Notes: generated from the sequence alone by a model not told the origin. 64,000 nucleotides of DNA from an uncultured Nitrospiraceae bacterium (GCA_963706325.1 CAVPLT010000004.1:1056001-1120000), one strand, 5' to 3'. Shown: positions 36,672 to 46,844, counted from the first letter of the stretch. Numbers and translations are program-made.

Positions 36672-37769
36672 ATGGCGCTTCCACTTTCACAGATGAGCCT
36701 CGCGACCCCAAAGGTTCGCGTCTTGGTCGTAGACGATTCCGCCTTCATGCGAAAAAGCCTGACTGCCATGCTCGAAGAAGGCAAACAGATTCAAGTGGTA
36801 GGTGTGGCGCGGAACGGGGAAGAAGCCGTTCAGCAGGTGCAACAGTTGAAACCAGACGTGGTCACGATGGATGTGGAAATGCCCGGCATGACGGGTCTAC
36901 AAGCATTGCAGCAAATCATGGCAAAACATCCGGTGCCCGTCATCATGGTCAGTTCCATCACCATCGAGGGCGCGCAGGAAACGCTGCAAGCCCTGGAATG
37001 GGGCGCGGTAGATTTCGTCCCGAAACAGTTGGATGGCGTCGCCTCTAAAATTGCCGAGATTCAAAAGCTGCTGGTGTCCAAAGTGTTGGAAGCCAGACAT
37101 GCGCGCTTAAAGATGAGAGCCATCCCGCTGACCGGGCAGGCGAAGATGGCCGTCCCACCTGCCCAATCGCTCAGTAGCTTTTCTGTCAGCGTAACCCGCG
37201 GCACGAAATTGATCGCCATCGGCTGTTCGACGGGAGGCCCCCAGGCCCTGTTCGAAATTATGCCGATGATCCCGGCAGATTGCCCGGCCGGTATCGTCAT
37301 CGTCCAACATATGCCGAAATCGTTTACCAAACCGTTTGCGGAACGGTTGAACAATCTCTGCGCGCTTGAGGTGCGTGAAGCCGTCGATGGGGATGAAATC
37401 AAAGCAGGCCGGATTCTCGTGGCCCCTGGCGGCCTGCAGTTTCGAATCGTCAAGAGAACCATCACGAGCTCGGTCGTCAAACTGTCGCCGAACGTCGAAA
37501 ACCATCCCCACGCCCCCTCCGTCGACATCATGCTGAACTCGGTGGCGGCGCTCTACGGCGAGCGCAGTATCGGCGTGATCCTCACTGGGATGGGTCACGA
37601 CGGGTTGGAAGGCATGAAAGCAATCAAGGCAGCAAAAGGTCGAACGGTGGCACAGGATGAAGCATCGAGTGTCGTGTACGGCATGCCAAAAGCCGTCGTG
37701 GAAGCCGGGTGTGCAGAGAAAGTGGTTTCGCTATCCAAGGTGATCGGCGAAGTCATGAATATGGTGTGA
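36672..37769 (+). CDS. cheB: Chemotaxis methylesterase
   Basis: REC (VVDDSAFMR, MDVEMP) plus catalytic GCSTGGP, VQHMP, GMGHDG. Confidence 0.97.
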   Translation: MALPLSQMSLATPKVRVLVVDDSAFMRKSLTAMLEEGKQIQVVGVARNGEEAVQQVQQLKPDVVTMDVEMPGMTGLQALQQIMAKHPVPVIMVSSITIEGAQETLQALEWGAVDFVPKQLDGVASKIAEIQKLLVSKVLEARHARLKMRAIPLTGQAKMAVPPAQSLSSFSVSVTRGTKLIAIGCSTGGPQALFEIMPMIPADCPAGIVIVQHMPKSFTKPFAERLNNLCALEVREAVDGDEIKAGRILVAPGGLQFRIVKRTITSSVVKLSPNVENHPHAPSVDIMLNSVAALYGERSIGVILTGMGHDGLEGMKAIKAAKGRTVAQDEASSVVYGMPKAVVEAGCAEKVVSLSKVIGEVMNMV

Positions 37770-37817
37770 CAGGGAGCGTCATCTCAATCGTTCACAATGG
37801 AGAGGGTAGGAGGCGTT

Positions 37818-39503
37818 ATGGGGAGCATGTTTAAGGGTATGACTATCGGGCCTAAGTTCATTCTGTCGATTTCTGCCGTGGCACTGCTGGTCATCACGCT
37901 CGGCCTGGTGGTCCTGTACCAACAGGAAGAAGCCAAAATGGACACCATGCTATCCGGGCGTAGCAGCGTAATCAGCACACAGATTATGATTGGTCGCGCG
38001 TATATCACGCAGAACTATGTGGCCAAGATCAAGAAATCGAAGGCAGGCGCAGATATGCAGGTCTTGAAAGACCATACCGGAGTCTCCGATGCCATCCCGT
38101 TTCCCGCGACCGCGGTGAGGGAGATGGGAGAGGAAGCTTCCCGAACCGGCCTCTACAGCGCGCGCTTGGTGAGCCAAAATCCAATGAATCCTGCCAATAG
38201 TCCCAAGGATAATTTTGAAAGCGAAGCGATCCGGGCCATTATGGCGGGCGCTGACCATTATTCCCGACGCGATGATGTCAATGGAGTGCAGACATTTCGC
38301 CGCGCAGTTGCCGATAAGGCTTCGGCTGCAGCCTGTTTGAGCTGCCACACCAACAACCAAGTGGGAGACACTCTCGGCATGCTGAGCCTCTCGCTTCCAA
38401 TGTCTGAGGCTATTGCGCTCTCGAGTCGCTCCATGTGGCAGACCGGCGGTCTTATGGCAGGCGTGGTCGTGATCGTTATGGTGGTCACCTATTTCTTGCT
38501 CCGTAATATCGTCCTGAAACCTTTGGCGAAAATGAGCGATATTTCCCGGGACATCGCCAAAGGCGAAGGCGACCTCACCAAGCGTGTGCCGTCGGATGGC
38601 AATGATGAAATTGCGCACATGGGCGGGTACTTCAATGAGTTCATCGAAAAGCTGCAGCAGATGATCAAAAAAGTAGCGCACGTGACGGACAAAGTGGCTT
38701 CTGCCTCCGTCGAATTGTCTGCCACGGCCGAAGAAATTTCCAAGGGGACTGACACCCTGACTTCGCGCGCCTCCCAAACAGCGGCTGCGGTGGAAGAGAT
38801 GAATGCGACTGTCGGGCAAGTCGCGCAGAATTCTGGCAAAGCCGCCAGCCTGGCTCAGGATACCGTGAAGACTGCGCAAGAAGGCGGAACGGTGGTGTCT
38901 AGCACCATCTCCGGGATGCAGCAGTTGTCTGAAGCCGTGTCCAATTCAGCAACGATTATCTCTGACCTGGGGAAATCGTCCGATCAAATCGGCGAGATTG
39001 TGCGCACCATCGAAGATATCGCCGACCAGACCAACTTGCTGGCATTGAACGCCGCAATCGAAGCGGCTCGTGCTGGTGAGCAAGGACGAGGATTCGCCGT
39101 GGTGGCCGATGAAGTCCGGAAACTGGCCGAACGGACGACCAAAGCCACCAAAGAAATCGGAGATATGATCCGCCAGATCCAGCACGATACGCGAGGCGCC
39201 GTCGACTCGATGCAGCAGGGGACGCAGAAAGTGACGGCCGGCGTCGACCTGGTCAATAAGACCGGCGAAGCCCTGTCCCAGATCGTTCGGATGGTATCCG
39301 AAAGCGCCGATATGATCCGGCAGATTGCCGTGGCGTCTGAAGAGCAATCCGTGGCGACACAGCAGATCGCCAGCGACATCGAAAATGTGGCGAAGGTCAC
39401 CAAAGAGTCGTCGTCGGGGGCCCATGAGTCGGCCAAGGCCAGCCAAGATCTGAGTCAGCTGGCGGTCGAACTGCAGGGAATCGTGGGTGGCTTCAAGATC
39501 TAA
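37818..39503 (+). CDS. Methyl-accepting chemotaxis protein with periplasmic CxxCH (DUF3365-like) domain
   Basis: TM1 - NPMNPANSP...CLSCH - TM2 - HAMP (GDLTKR, DEIA) - [45 protein letters not shown] favours ATG 37818. Confidence 0.93.
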   Translation: MGSMFKGMTIGPKFILSISAVALLVITLGLVVLYQQEEAKMDTMLSGRSSVISTQIMIGRAYITQNYVAKIKKSKAGADMQVLKDHTGVSDAIPFPATAVREMGEEASRTGLYSARLVSQNPMNPANSPKDNFESEAIRAIMAGADHYSRRDDVNGVQTFRRAVADKASAAACLSCHTNNQVGDTLGMLSLSLPMSEAIALSSRSMWQTGGLMAGVVVIVMVVTYFLLRNIVLKPLAKMSDISRDIAKGEGDLTKRVPSDGNDEIAHMGGYFNEFIEKLQQMIKKVAHVTDKVASASVELSATAEEISKGTDTLTSRASQTAAAVEEMNATVGQVAQNSGKAASLAQDTVKTAQEGGTVVSSTISGMQQLSEAVSNSATIISDLGKSSDQIGEIVRTIEDIADQTNLLALNAAIEAARAGEQGRGFAVVADEVRKLAERTTKATKEIGDMIRQIQHDTRGAVDSMQQGTQKVTAGVDLVNKTGEALSQIVRMVSESADMIRQIAVASEEQSVATQQIASDIENVAKVTKESSSGAHESAKASQDLSQLAVELQGIVGGFKI

Positions 39504-39530
39504 GCGCCCAACCACGAGAAGGAGCCCAGC

Positions 39531-40049
39531 ATGAGCGCCACTGAACAACAGGTCAACCCCCTCTACCAGGCGTCCGCAGACAACCCTGCGGACCGCCTGG
39601 GCGAGAAATCCGGTGACGATCTCCTGCAGTTCGTCATCTGTCTGATCGGGAGTGAAGAATTCGCGGTCGATGTGCTGAGTGTCCAGGAAATAAATCGGAT
39701 TGTAGAGGTCACTCGAGTTCCGAAGACGCCGCCCTACGTTGAAGGCGTCATCAACCTCCGAGGCCGGATCATTCCCGTGCTGGATTTGCGAAAGCTGTTC
39801 GGCCTTGCCGGCGCCCAACAGACCACACAGACTCGTATTGTGGTGGTGTCCGTGCAGGCGCGCCTGGTTGGGTTGATCGTGGACTCGGTTGAAGAGGTCC
39901 TTCGCGTCCCTCGAAGCGCCATCGAACCGCCGCCCTCGGTCGGCACGATGGCTGGAGCGGAATTCACCCAAGGCGTGGGACGCATTGATGATCGGCTGCT
40001 TATCTTAGTGGATTTGAGTCGACTGCTCCTAGCGCGAGAAGCGGCCTAG
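39531..40049 (+). CDS. cheW: Chemotaxis coupling protein
   Basis: FAVDVLSVQEI, TRVPKTPPYVEGVINLRGRIIPVLDLR, GLIVDSV. Confidence 0.95.
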   Translation: MSATEQQVNPLYQASADNPADRLGEKSGDDLLQFVICLIGSEEFAVDVLSVQEINRIVEVTRVPKTPPYVEGVINLRGRIIPVLDLRKLFGLAGAQQTTQTRIVVVSVQARLVGLIVDSVEEVLRVPRSAIEPPPSVGTMAGAEFTQGVGRIDDRLLILVDLSRLLLAREAA

Positions 40050-40190
40050 TAGGGCTACTGTCCAGCGAGTGAGAGGTACGCGGGGGAGTGCGAAGCACCT
40101 ACGCGCAGGCCAGATCTGCCGCCTCAAATCTTTGAATGGCTGCGCGGAGAGCGGATCGTGACGAAAGCTCTGTCACGGTGTAGGAATATC

Positions 40191-40445
40191 TTAGGAACTT
40201 TGAGCGTCGGACGGAGAGGGCGGGGAGGAGCCGCGGCGATTCTGAGCTTCGAGCACCCGTTCAAGCAGCTGTAATGACTCCGACAACAGATCCGAAGCAC
40301 AGCTCAGAGTGACATGAAATTGGTGCATGGCTTCCGGCCAGCGACCTTCCTGCTGCAGGACCTGAAATTTCCGATGTTGCTCATCCAGAATGGCTTGTTT
40401 GGCATCAAGCATCAAGCTATCAGCAGAACCCACAGGCACCTCCAT
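40191..40445 (-). CDS. Hypothetical helical protein
   Basis: 84-aa ORF filling the cheW-motA gap; no recognisable motif. Confidence 0.55.
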   Translation of the reverse strand: MEVPVGSADSLMLDAKQAILDEQHRKFQVLQQEGRWPEAMHQFHVTLSCASDLLSESLQLLERVLEAQNRRGSSPPSPSDAQSS

Positions 40446-40569
40446 GACAACCCATTGTGACTGTGGCGCACGCTACCAAAGTATTTCCGGAAGGCGCAAG
40501 CCCACCGTTCAGATTTCACACGGTACTTTTGAGGGACACCATCGCACGTGGTGCTAAGGTAATCGAATC

Positions 40570-41340
40570 TTGGATATCGCCACTATATTGGGCGTCGTCA
40601 TAGCAATCGTCTCCATCCTCGGTGGCCAGGCTCTCGAGGGCGGACACATCGGGTCGGTGCTGCAATTAACGGCCTTTATCATCGTCATGGGTGGAACGAT
40701 CGGGGCCTGCTGCGTGCAAAATCCGCTTCCAGTCGTGATTAAATCGATCACCTCAGTTAGCCTTGTATTGACCAATCCATCCCACGACGTCAAAGGCACG
40801 ATTACGCAAATCCTGGAGTTGGCCAATGTGTCGCGGAAGCAAGGTCTGCTCGCCCTCGAAGGGAGATTGAAGGACCTACATGATCCGTTTTTTAAAAAAG
40901 GCGTACAGCTCATCGTCGACGGGACCGACCCTAAACTCCTCCAAGAAATTCTGGAGATCGAGGTAGAGCAGCACGAGGAAAGCGGGGTGCATGCCGCCAA
41001 GGTCTGGGAAGCCGCCGGAGGGTATGCGCCGACGGTCGGAATCCTCGGCGCCGTGCTCGGCTTGATCCATGTGATGGAAAATCTGGCTGACCCATCCAAG
41101 CTGGGCGGAGGAATTGCCGTGGCGTTCGTCGCTACCGTCTACGGTGTTGGAGCCGCTAATCTGTTTTTCCTCCCGATTGCCAACAAAATGAAGTTTAAAA
41201 TTAAGGAAGAAGCCGGCTTACGGACGATGGTGATTTTGGGCCTCGTCGGGCTTGCCCAGGGAGAAAACCCCCGACTCCTCCAAGAGAAACTGGAAAGCTA
41301 TCTGCCTCCGCACGAGCGGACGAAGGAAGACAAGAAATAA
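40570..41340 (+). CDS. motA: Flagellar stator subunit
   Basis: SRKQGLLALE, APTVGILGAVLGLI, AFVATVYG, GENPR; TTG start. Confidence 0.95.
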   Translation: MDIATILGVVIAIVSILGGQALEGGHIGSVLQLTAFIIVMGGTIGACCVQNPLPVVIKSITSVSLVLTNPSHDVKGTITQILELANVSRKQGLLALEGRLKDLHDPFFKKGVQLIVDGTDPKLLQEILEIEVEQHEESGVHAAKVWEAAGGYAPTVGILGAVLGLIHVMENLADPSKLGGGIAVAFVATVYGVGAANLFFLPIANKMKFKIKEEAGLRTMVILGLVGLAQGENPRLLQEKLESYLPPHERTKEDKK

Positions 41341-41420
41341 CAGCGTTTGTCCATCTTGAAGCGCATCTCGGTGGCAAGTATTCACGTCGCGGTTCACCAG
41401 GTACGTTGTTCGGTCTCCTC

Positions 41421-42200
41421 ATGGCCAAGAAAAAACACGAAGAGCACGAAAATCACGAACGCTGGCTGGTGTCGTACGCCGACTTCATCACCCTGCTGTT
41501 CGCCTTTTTTGTCGTCATGTATTCGGTATCGTCTGTGAACGAGGGCAAATATCGAACTGTCAGCGATTCCATCAAAGCCGCACTGAATCCAATCAATAGC
41601 GTCCCATCCAGCCGGTTGCCTTTTGCTGTCGGCGCCGCGAGACCGGCGACGATCACCTCTGACATGGCGAGCACGGGCGACCCCGTTATCCGTCGGATGC
41701 GGGAGATCATCACCAGGCTCAACCCAAATCTCAAGGGAGACATCTCAGAGGTCAAAATTATTGAAAGCGGTCATGGCACAATCATGATTTCCTTGCCGGA
41801 ATCCATTCTCTTCCAAAGCGGAGAAGCCCGAGTCCGGTCGGAAGCCCTCCCATTTTTGAAGGCGCTGTCCGAAATTCTGATCGAAATGGATCGCCACATC
41901 CGAGTTCTGGGTCATACGGACAATGTGCCGATCCGAACGGCGCAATTTCCATCCAACTGGGAACTATCGGCCGGACGTGCGGTCATGGTCGTGAGGATTT
42001 TTGCCGAACTTTATGGGGTGCCACTTACTCATCTATCCGCCACCGGCCAGGCAGATGCCAAACCACTTGCCAGTAACGATACGCCCGAAGGGCGGACGAA
42101 GAACCGCAGAGTTGAAATTATCATTCTCGAACATACCGCCAATGAAAACACCTTGGATTCTTTACTTCCCAAGGAACCCTCTCCAACTCGTCTCTTCTGA
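41421..42200 (+). CDS. motB: Flagellar stator subunit
   Basis: WLVSYADFITLLFAFFVVMY TM, OmpA-like GHTDN, NWELS, NRRVEI. Confidence 0.96.
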   Translation: MAKKKHEEHENHERWLVSYADFITLLFAFFVVMYSVSSVNEGKYRTVSDSIKAALNPINSVPSSRLPFAVGAARPATITSDMASTGDPVIRRMREIITRLNPNLKGDISEVKIIESGHGTIMISLPESILFQSGEARVRSEALPFLKALSEILIEMDRHIRVLGHTDNVPIRTAQFPSNWELSAGRAVMVVRIFAELYGVPLTHLSATGQADAKPLASNDTPEGRTKNRRVEIIILEHTANENTLDSLLPKEPSPTRLF

Positions 42201-42276
42201 TGGGCCGGGAAAAATGACCTAAAAGAATTCTAGTTTTCCTGCAGTGCCTCTGGCTCGACTCCCTGCCTGTTCAGAT

Positions 42277-42304
42277 TCAAGATGCAGCTCATAATGACCG
42301 ATAA
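42277..42304 (+). promoter_or_regulatory. Sigma28-type promoter for the DUF420 gene
   Basis: TCAAG-N15-ACCGATAA. Confidence 0.68.
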
Positions 42305-42377
42305 AAACACAGTGCCGGTGTATGAATCTGGATCAGAGAGGACTCTTGCCGATTCAGTACTTGCCCAGGGACACAGC

Positions 42378-42839
42378 ATGGACCTCAAGACAATTGTTTG
42401 GTATCTGGTACTGTCCAGTCTGACGGTCGCTTATTTGGTCGTGCTGGCAGGCGTCCGATCGGCCAAGTCGCACGATGTGTCCCACCACTCGCATCGCATG
42501 ATCGTCGGGTGCACGATCATCGGCATTTGGCTGGTGGCGTACGTGCTCAAACAATTGCTTTTCGGGCGTGATTCGTTTCGAGGCCCGGAGACTCAATACT
42601 GGTCGGTGTATGTCCCGATTTTTGTCACCCACATGCTCCTCGCCGTCACCACCATAGGACTGGGAGCCTACAATTTATACATGGGGCTCCATCGCCTTCG
42701 GTACGGCAGCGTGGGCGCGATGGTCGCGGGCATGACCACCCACCGTCGAATGGGCAATGCACTCGTCTGGACTTTCAGCGGCACTATGCTGACGGCCTAT
42801 CTTGTGTACCTGATGCTATTTGTCTGGTACTCGGAGTAA
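42378..42839 (+). CDS. DUF420-like four-TM membrane protein
   Basis: Four hydrophobic helices with HSHRM, FRGP, THMLLA, HRRMG pattern typical of DUF420. Confidence 0.72.
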   Translation: MDLKTIVWYLVLSSLTVAYLVVLAGVRSAKSHDVSHHSHRMIVGCTIIGIWLVAYVLKQLLFGRDSFRGPETQYWSVYVPIFVTHMLLAVTTIGLGAYNLYMGLHRLRYGSVGAMVAGMTTHRRMGNALVWTFSGTMLTAYLVYLMLFVWYSE

Positions 42840-43092
42840 CGCTATGAATGACTCGAGCACTAAACAGACGTACGACGACTTCCCCGCGCCCATCTTCGGC
42901 GAAAGCGACCTTCACCCGAGAAGAACATGGTCGCTTGATATTTCGCGCCAGGAGCATGAAAACCGCGTCTGGCACATGCGGGTGCTAGCACCTCTCAACC
43001 TTTCCGTTCTTTGTCGACATTCTCTCAACCATTCTGATTCATGTTCCACGTGGGTGTTGCACTAACCTTTCAGAAGAAGCAAGGGAGTAGCC

Positions 43093-43431
43093 ATGACTAT
43101 TACAGAAGAGATTCACAGCGATACCGCAACCTTGAAATTAGAAGGCAGCTTTACCTACACCCAACGAAAGTTGTTCCAGGAGACGCTTAAAAACCTCGAC
43201 CCCAAGACTGTCGAACATATCGTCGTCGACCTCTCGCAGGTTTCGTTCCTCGATAGCGCAGCGTTAGGACTGTTGATGATCACGCATCGGCAATTAGTGG
43301 CCGACAAACGCAAACTCTCTTTGGCGCATCCCCAGTCGACGGTCAGACAGATTATTGAATTGGCCAACCTGCATAAAACGATTCCTCTCATCGAATCGAC
43401 GGTCGCGCCGTTGGCAAAGAAAAGCGCGTAA
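43093..43431 (+). CDS. STAS anti-anti-sigma factor
   Basis: VVDLSQVSFLDSAALGLL. Confidence 0.9.
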   Translation: MTITEEIHSDTATLKLEGSFTYTQRKLFQETLKNLDPKTVEHIVVDLSQVSFLDSAALGLLMITHRQLVADKRKLSLAHPQSTVRQIIELANLHKTIPLIESTVAPLAKKSA

Positions 43432-43463
43432 CGGCAGGCTCGCACGCCATTAAGGGCCCATGC

Positions 43464-43814
43464 ATGCAGATCACTGAGCGCCGGGTCGGTCAGGCCATCA
43501 TTCTCAATTTGGTGGGAGAATTGACCTATGCCAACCGAAGCGCTTTCAAGGGAGCGGTGGAGCGGAGTAAACAGGCCGGCTGCCGTCATCTCATCTTGAG
43601 CATGGAGAGAGTTCGGTTTCTCGACAGCTCTGCGCTCGGCATGCTGGCGCTACTGGTCCAAAACCTAAAAGGTTCGCAAGCGACTGTGAGTCTAGTCAAC
43701 CCGCAGAGCTATGTCAGGGAGATCATCACGCTGGCGAATCTGCATCGATTGTTGCCGGTCTACAATACGGAACAGGACGCCCTCGCAGGAGAGCGGCTCC
43801 CGACGGTTGGGTGA
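43464..43814 (+). CDS. STAS anti-anti-sigma factor
   Basis: VRFLDSSALGML, VREIITLANL. Confidence 0.9.
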   Translation: MQITERRVGQAIILNLVGELTYANRSAFKGAVERSKQAGCRHLILSMERVRFLDSSALGMLALLVQNLKGSQATVSLVNPQSYVREIITLANLHRLLPVYNTEQDALAGERLPTVG

Positions 43815-45091
43815 GCGGAACGCACGACGTGGCACAGCCCGCACAAGAGAGAGTGAACCATCCCTCAGCCGAGCCGGGGAAACCCGCTCCCGTCATTCTG
43901 CTCGTCGACGACGACGATATTACCCGTACCAGCCTGGCCGCGCGACTAAAACGATTGGGATATCAGGTCATCGAAGCCGGCGATGGGAATGCCGGCCTGG
44001 TAGCGACGAGGACACACCGTCCTGACCTTATTATTCTTGATTGGATGATGCCCGGACTGGACGGGCCGAGCGTCTGTGAAGCCATTCGGGCGGATGCGGA
44101 ACTCAAATCCAGTCACGTCGTCTTAATGACGGCGCACGATCGGCCCGATCAAATTGCGGAAGGCCTCTCGCGCGGAGCAGATGATTTCCTGAGCAAAGCG
44201 GCCAGCAAGCAAGAAGTTCTGGCGCGGGTCCAGGCCAGTCTCCGATCGAGCGCGCTCGTCCGCGAAATTGAACGGACACGCGATGATCTCGACGCCTCCC
44301 ACCGGTTGCTGTCTGCGAAACAGGAAGAGCTCGAAAGTGAGCTCCAGTGTGCGGCCGACTTCGTCGCCTCGCAACTCCCTCCACCAGGCGCGCCGGCGTC
44401 GGGACTCACGATGCACTGGGCCTACCAACCGTCGCTTGCTCTGGGCGGTGATTTGTTCCAAGTGAGTCAATGGGGAACCGACACCTTGGGCCTCTACATT
44501 CTCGACGCCTCCGGCCACGGCGTGGCGGCGGCCTTGCGCGCCATTGCCTTAATGAGCTTTCTCCGCGAGGACAATCTGGCGAAGGCCGTCGGCAGCTACG
44601 ACCCGGGCGACATCATCAATGAAGCGAATCGCCGCTTTCCATTGACGCAAGAAGGTGAATACTTCACGCTTTGGGTCGGTCGTCTCCACCTGCCGTCACG
44701 AACGCTTACCTATGCGGCGGCCGGCCACAGCGGCGCATTCGTGCACTCCGTCGACGGGACATCCGAATGGCTGTCCGCCGCCAGCCTGCCTCTGGGATTT
44801 GATGCGGGAACGACATTCGAAACCGGCTGCACGCAGTTGCGGACGCGCGACCGACTCTATTTGTTGAGCGACGGCATCTACGAGGCTCCGTCGCCGACCG
44901 GCGAACTTTGGGGTCGGACGCGTCTCCAACAGACGCTCGAGGCGAATCGCCATCTCGGCCTCGAGGAGTGCATAGACGAAACGATGACGACAGCTCGACA
45001 GTGGCTTGGTAGCGCAGTGTTTCCGGATGATGTGGCCCTCGTCGGATTAGAAGTGCTCGATCAGGGCATCCCGCTCAGGAGTGAGCCATGA
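43811..45091 (+). CDS. REC-PP2C (SpoIIE/RsbU-type) phosphatase
   Basis: LVDDD, LDWMMP; GGDLF, DASGHG, AAAGH, SDGIYE, DDVAL. Confidence 0.92.
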   Translation: MSGTHDVAQPAQERVNHPSAEPGKPAPVILLVDDDDITRTSLAARLKRLGYQVIEAGDGNAGLVATRTHRPDLIILDWMMPGLDGPSVCEAIRADAELKSSHVVLMTAHDRPDQIAEGLSRGADDFLSKAASKQEVLARVQASLRSSALVREIERTRDDLDASHRLLSAKQEELESELQCAADFVASQLPPPGAPASGLTMHWAYQPSLALGGDLFQVSQWGTDTLGLYILDASGHGVAAALRAIALMSFLREDNLAKAVGSYDPGDIINEANRRFPLTQEGEYFTLWVGRLHLPSRTLTYAAAGHSGAFVHSVDGTSEWLSAASLPLGFDAGTTFETGCTQLRTRDRLYLLSDGIYEAPSPTGELWGRTRLQQTLEANRHLGLEECIDETMTTARQWLGSAVFPDDVALVGLEVLDQGIPLRSEP

Positions 45092-45450
45092 TGGGATCCC
45101 ACAGGGCACTGGACCTGGCGGCAGCGTTGGATCGATTCGATGGCGACCACGAACTGTTCCTGACTCTGGCCGGCATGTTTGTCGAACGCGTGCCACAGAC
45201 ACTGAACAGCATCCAGACGGCGCTTGCCATGCACGACCTTCCTCTGCTGGCCAAGGAAGCGCACAAACTGAAAGGCTCGGCTTTAGAGTTCTGCGCGCAT
45301 CCGACGGTCGCCGCTGCAACCCAGCTCGAGACATCGGCTCGAGCGGCCGCGATGCAGGACATGGCCGCGCTCTGTGAACGGGTGCTGACGGAAACACAGC
45401 GCCTGACTACCGAGTTGAAGGGCATTATGGAAAAAGGATTTCCGTCATGA
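45088..45450 (+). CDS. Stand-alone HPt protein
   Basis: EAHKLKGSA; ATGA-coupled. Confidence 0.9.
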   Translation: MMGSHRALDLAAALDRFDGDHELFLTLAGMFVERVPQTLNSIQTALAMHDLPLLAKEAHKLKGSALEFCAHPTVAAATQLETSARAAAMQDMAALCERVLTETQRLTTELKGIMEKGFPS

Positions 45451-46346
45451 TGCCGTCAGGCGCCCCCAAAACACTCCTGGTCGTGGCTTCCGATGCGGAA
45501 ACGCAAGCCCTGGCGCTTGAACAGGCCAAGCCGCGCGGCTTGGCGGTCATTGTGGCGCCAGACCCACCAGGAGCCATAGCCATGCTGGATACGACCGTGC
45601 CTGATGTTGTGCTGAGCGATTTCTGCCTTCCAGACAGAACCGGGCTCTCCATGATCCGAGATATTCGCCGGCGCTGCTCACACATCCCGTTGATCGCCAT
45701 GGCGGAGCAGGGGAGTGATTCAACCATGCTCGAGGCGCTTCGAGCCGGCGCAATTGATTATCTGTATAAACCGGTCATCGGTCCGCAGCTCGCATCGGCA
45801 TTGGACCGGGCTCTCCAGCTGATTCCACAGACCGTCGTGGATGTGCCTGGAATCGAGCAAGCAGAGTATAGCGTGGTGATTGGCACCGACCCCGCAAATG
45901 TGGAAGCCTGTGTCGCCTGGCTGATCGCGGAGACTGCTACGATGCTTCCTGACACGCAACGCCTGCATCTGCGGACCACCTTGATCGAACTCATCGTCAA
46001 TGCTGTTGAACATGGCAGTCTCGAAATCTTCTACCAGGAAAAACACGAAGCGTTGGGAAACGACCAATATGACAGCCTCATCGCTCAGCGCCGGCGGGAT
46101 CCACAGTTTGCCCGACGCCGCGTCATCATCCGGGCCTGCTGTGACAAGGTCGCCCGCAGCATCCGCTACACCATCACCGACGAAGGTTCAGGGTTCGGGT
46201 GGAATGGGTTTCTCACCCGATCGGATGAACCCTGTGATAGCCGCGTCGCCAACGGGCGAGGTGTCTTCCTCGCGAAAGCCTTCTTTCCGGATCTGACCTA
46301 CAATGAACGTGGGACCGAAGTCACCTTTTCCGTGCCGCTGCCCTAG
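45447..46346 (+). CDS. REC + RsbW-like (anti-sigma/serine kinase) ATPase
   Basis: VLSDFCLPDRTG REC; ELIVNAVEHG, ITDEGSGF, NGRGVFL, YNERGTEV. Confidence 0.88.
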   Translation: MMPSGAPKTLLVVASDAETQALALEQAKPRGLAVIVAPDPPGAIAMLDTTVPDVVLSDFCLPDRTGLSMIRDIRRRCSHIPLIAMAEQGSDSTMLEALRAGAIDYLYKPVIGPQLASALDRALQLIPQTVVDVPGIEQAEYSVVIGTDPANVEACVAWLIAETATMLPDTQRLHLRTTLIELIVNAVEHGSLEIFYQEKHEALGNDQYDSLIAQRRRDPQFARRRVIIRACCDKVARSIRYTITDEGSGFGWNGFLTRSDEPCDSRVANGRGVFLAKAFFPDLTYNERGTEVTFSVPLP

Positions 46347-46592
46347 CGGTGGCGTCATCACGCTGTCGATCATCCGGCAGAACCGCGTGACGCGCAGCGC
46401 CTTCGAAGAGTAAGACCACGAGCCCGGGCCATTTACTCTCTTCCGAGAAGGCGCGATGCAGGCGGCTGGATCAGTGCCGCTCACCAAACGACTTGTCCTA
46501 TGCCTGTGAAGGCCGCTTGACGGAAATCGAGGGCGCGGATTATCCTCTCCTCCAAATCAAGTGATTCCCTCCTATAACTGAAGAGGCACCGC

Positions 46593-46832
46593 ATGACACA
46601 GCCCCCGCGTGGGACGCTTTCGCTTCTGCTCCTGTTCTCGCTGACCGCGTGCAGTACCAGCGAATGGGTCCATCCCAACAAACAGAAGGATCAATTCACG
46701 CTGGACTACAACAAGTGTCAGGCCGATGCCATGCGGGATCCCAAACTCCAACAGGGCATTCAACTGCTCACCATCCAAGCAACCGAACGTTGTGTCCAAA
46801 AAATGGGCTGGCGGTTGGTGGAGAAGGAGTAA
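46593..46832 (+). CDS. Small lipoprotein
   Basis: Signal peptide with LTAC lipobox; DYNKC...CVQKMGW. Confidence 0.75.
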   Translation: MTQPPRGTLSLLLLFSLTACSTSEWVHPNKQKDQFTLDYNKCQADAMRDPKLQQGIQLLTIQATERCVQKMGWRLVEKE

Positions 46833-46844
46833 GGAAGGAGGCTT

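Noticed and set aside
42969..42986. Sigma54-like TGGCAC...GTGCT upstream of the STAS genes
   Set aside because: GG-to-GC spacing is 11 nt rather than the required 10
42820..43065. 81-aa ORF between DUF420 and STAS
   Set aside because: No motif and no clear RBS; more likely a regulatory region (contains a CTCTCAACC direct repeat of unknown meaning)
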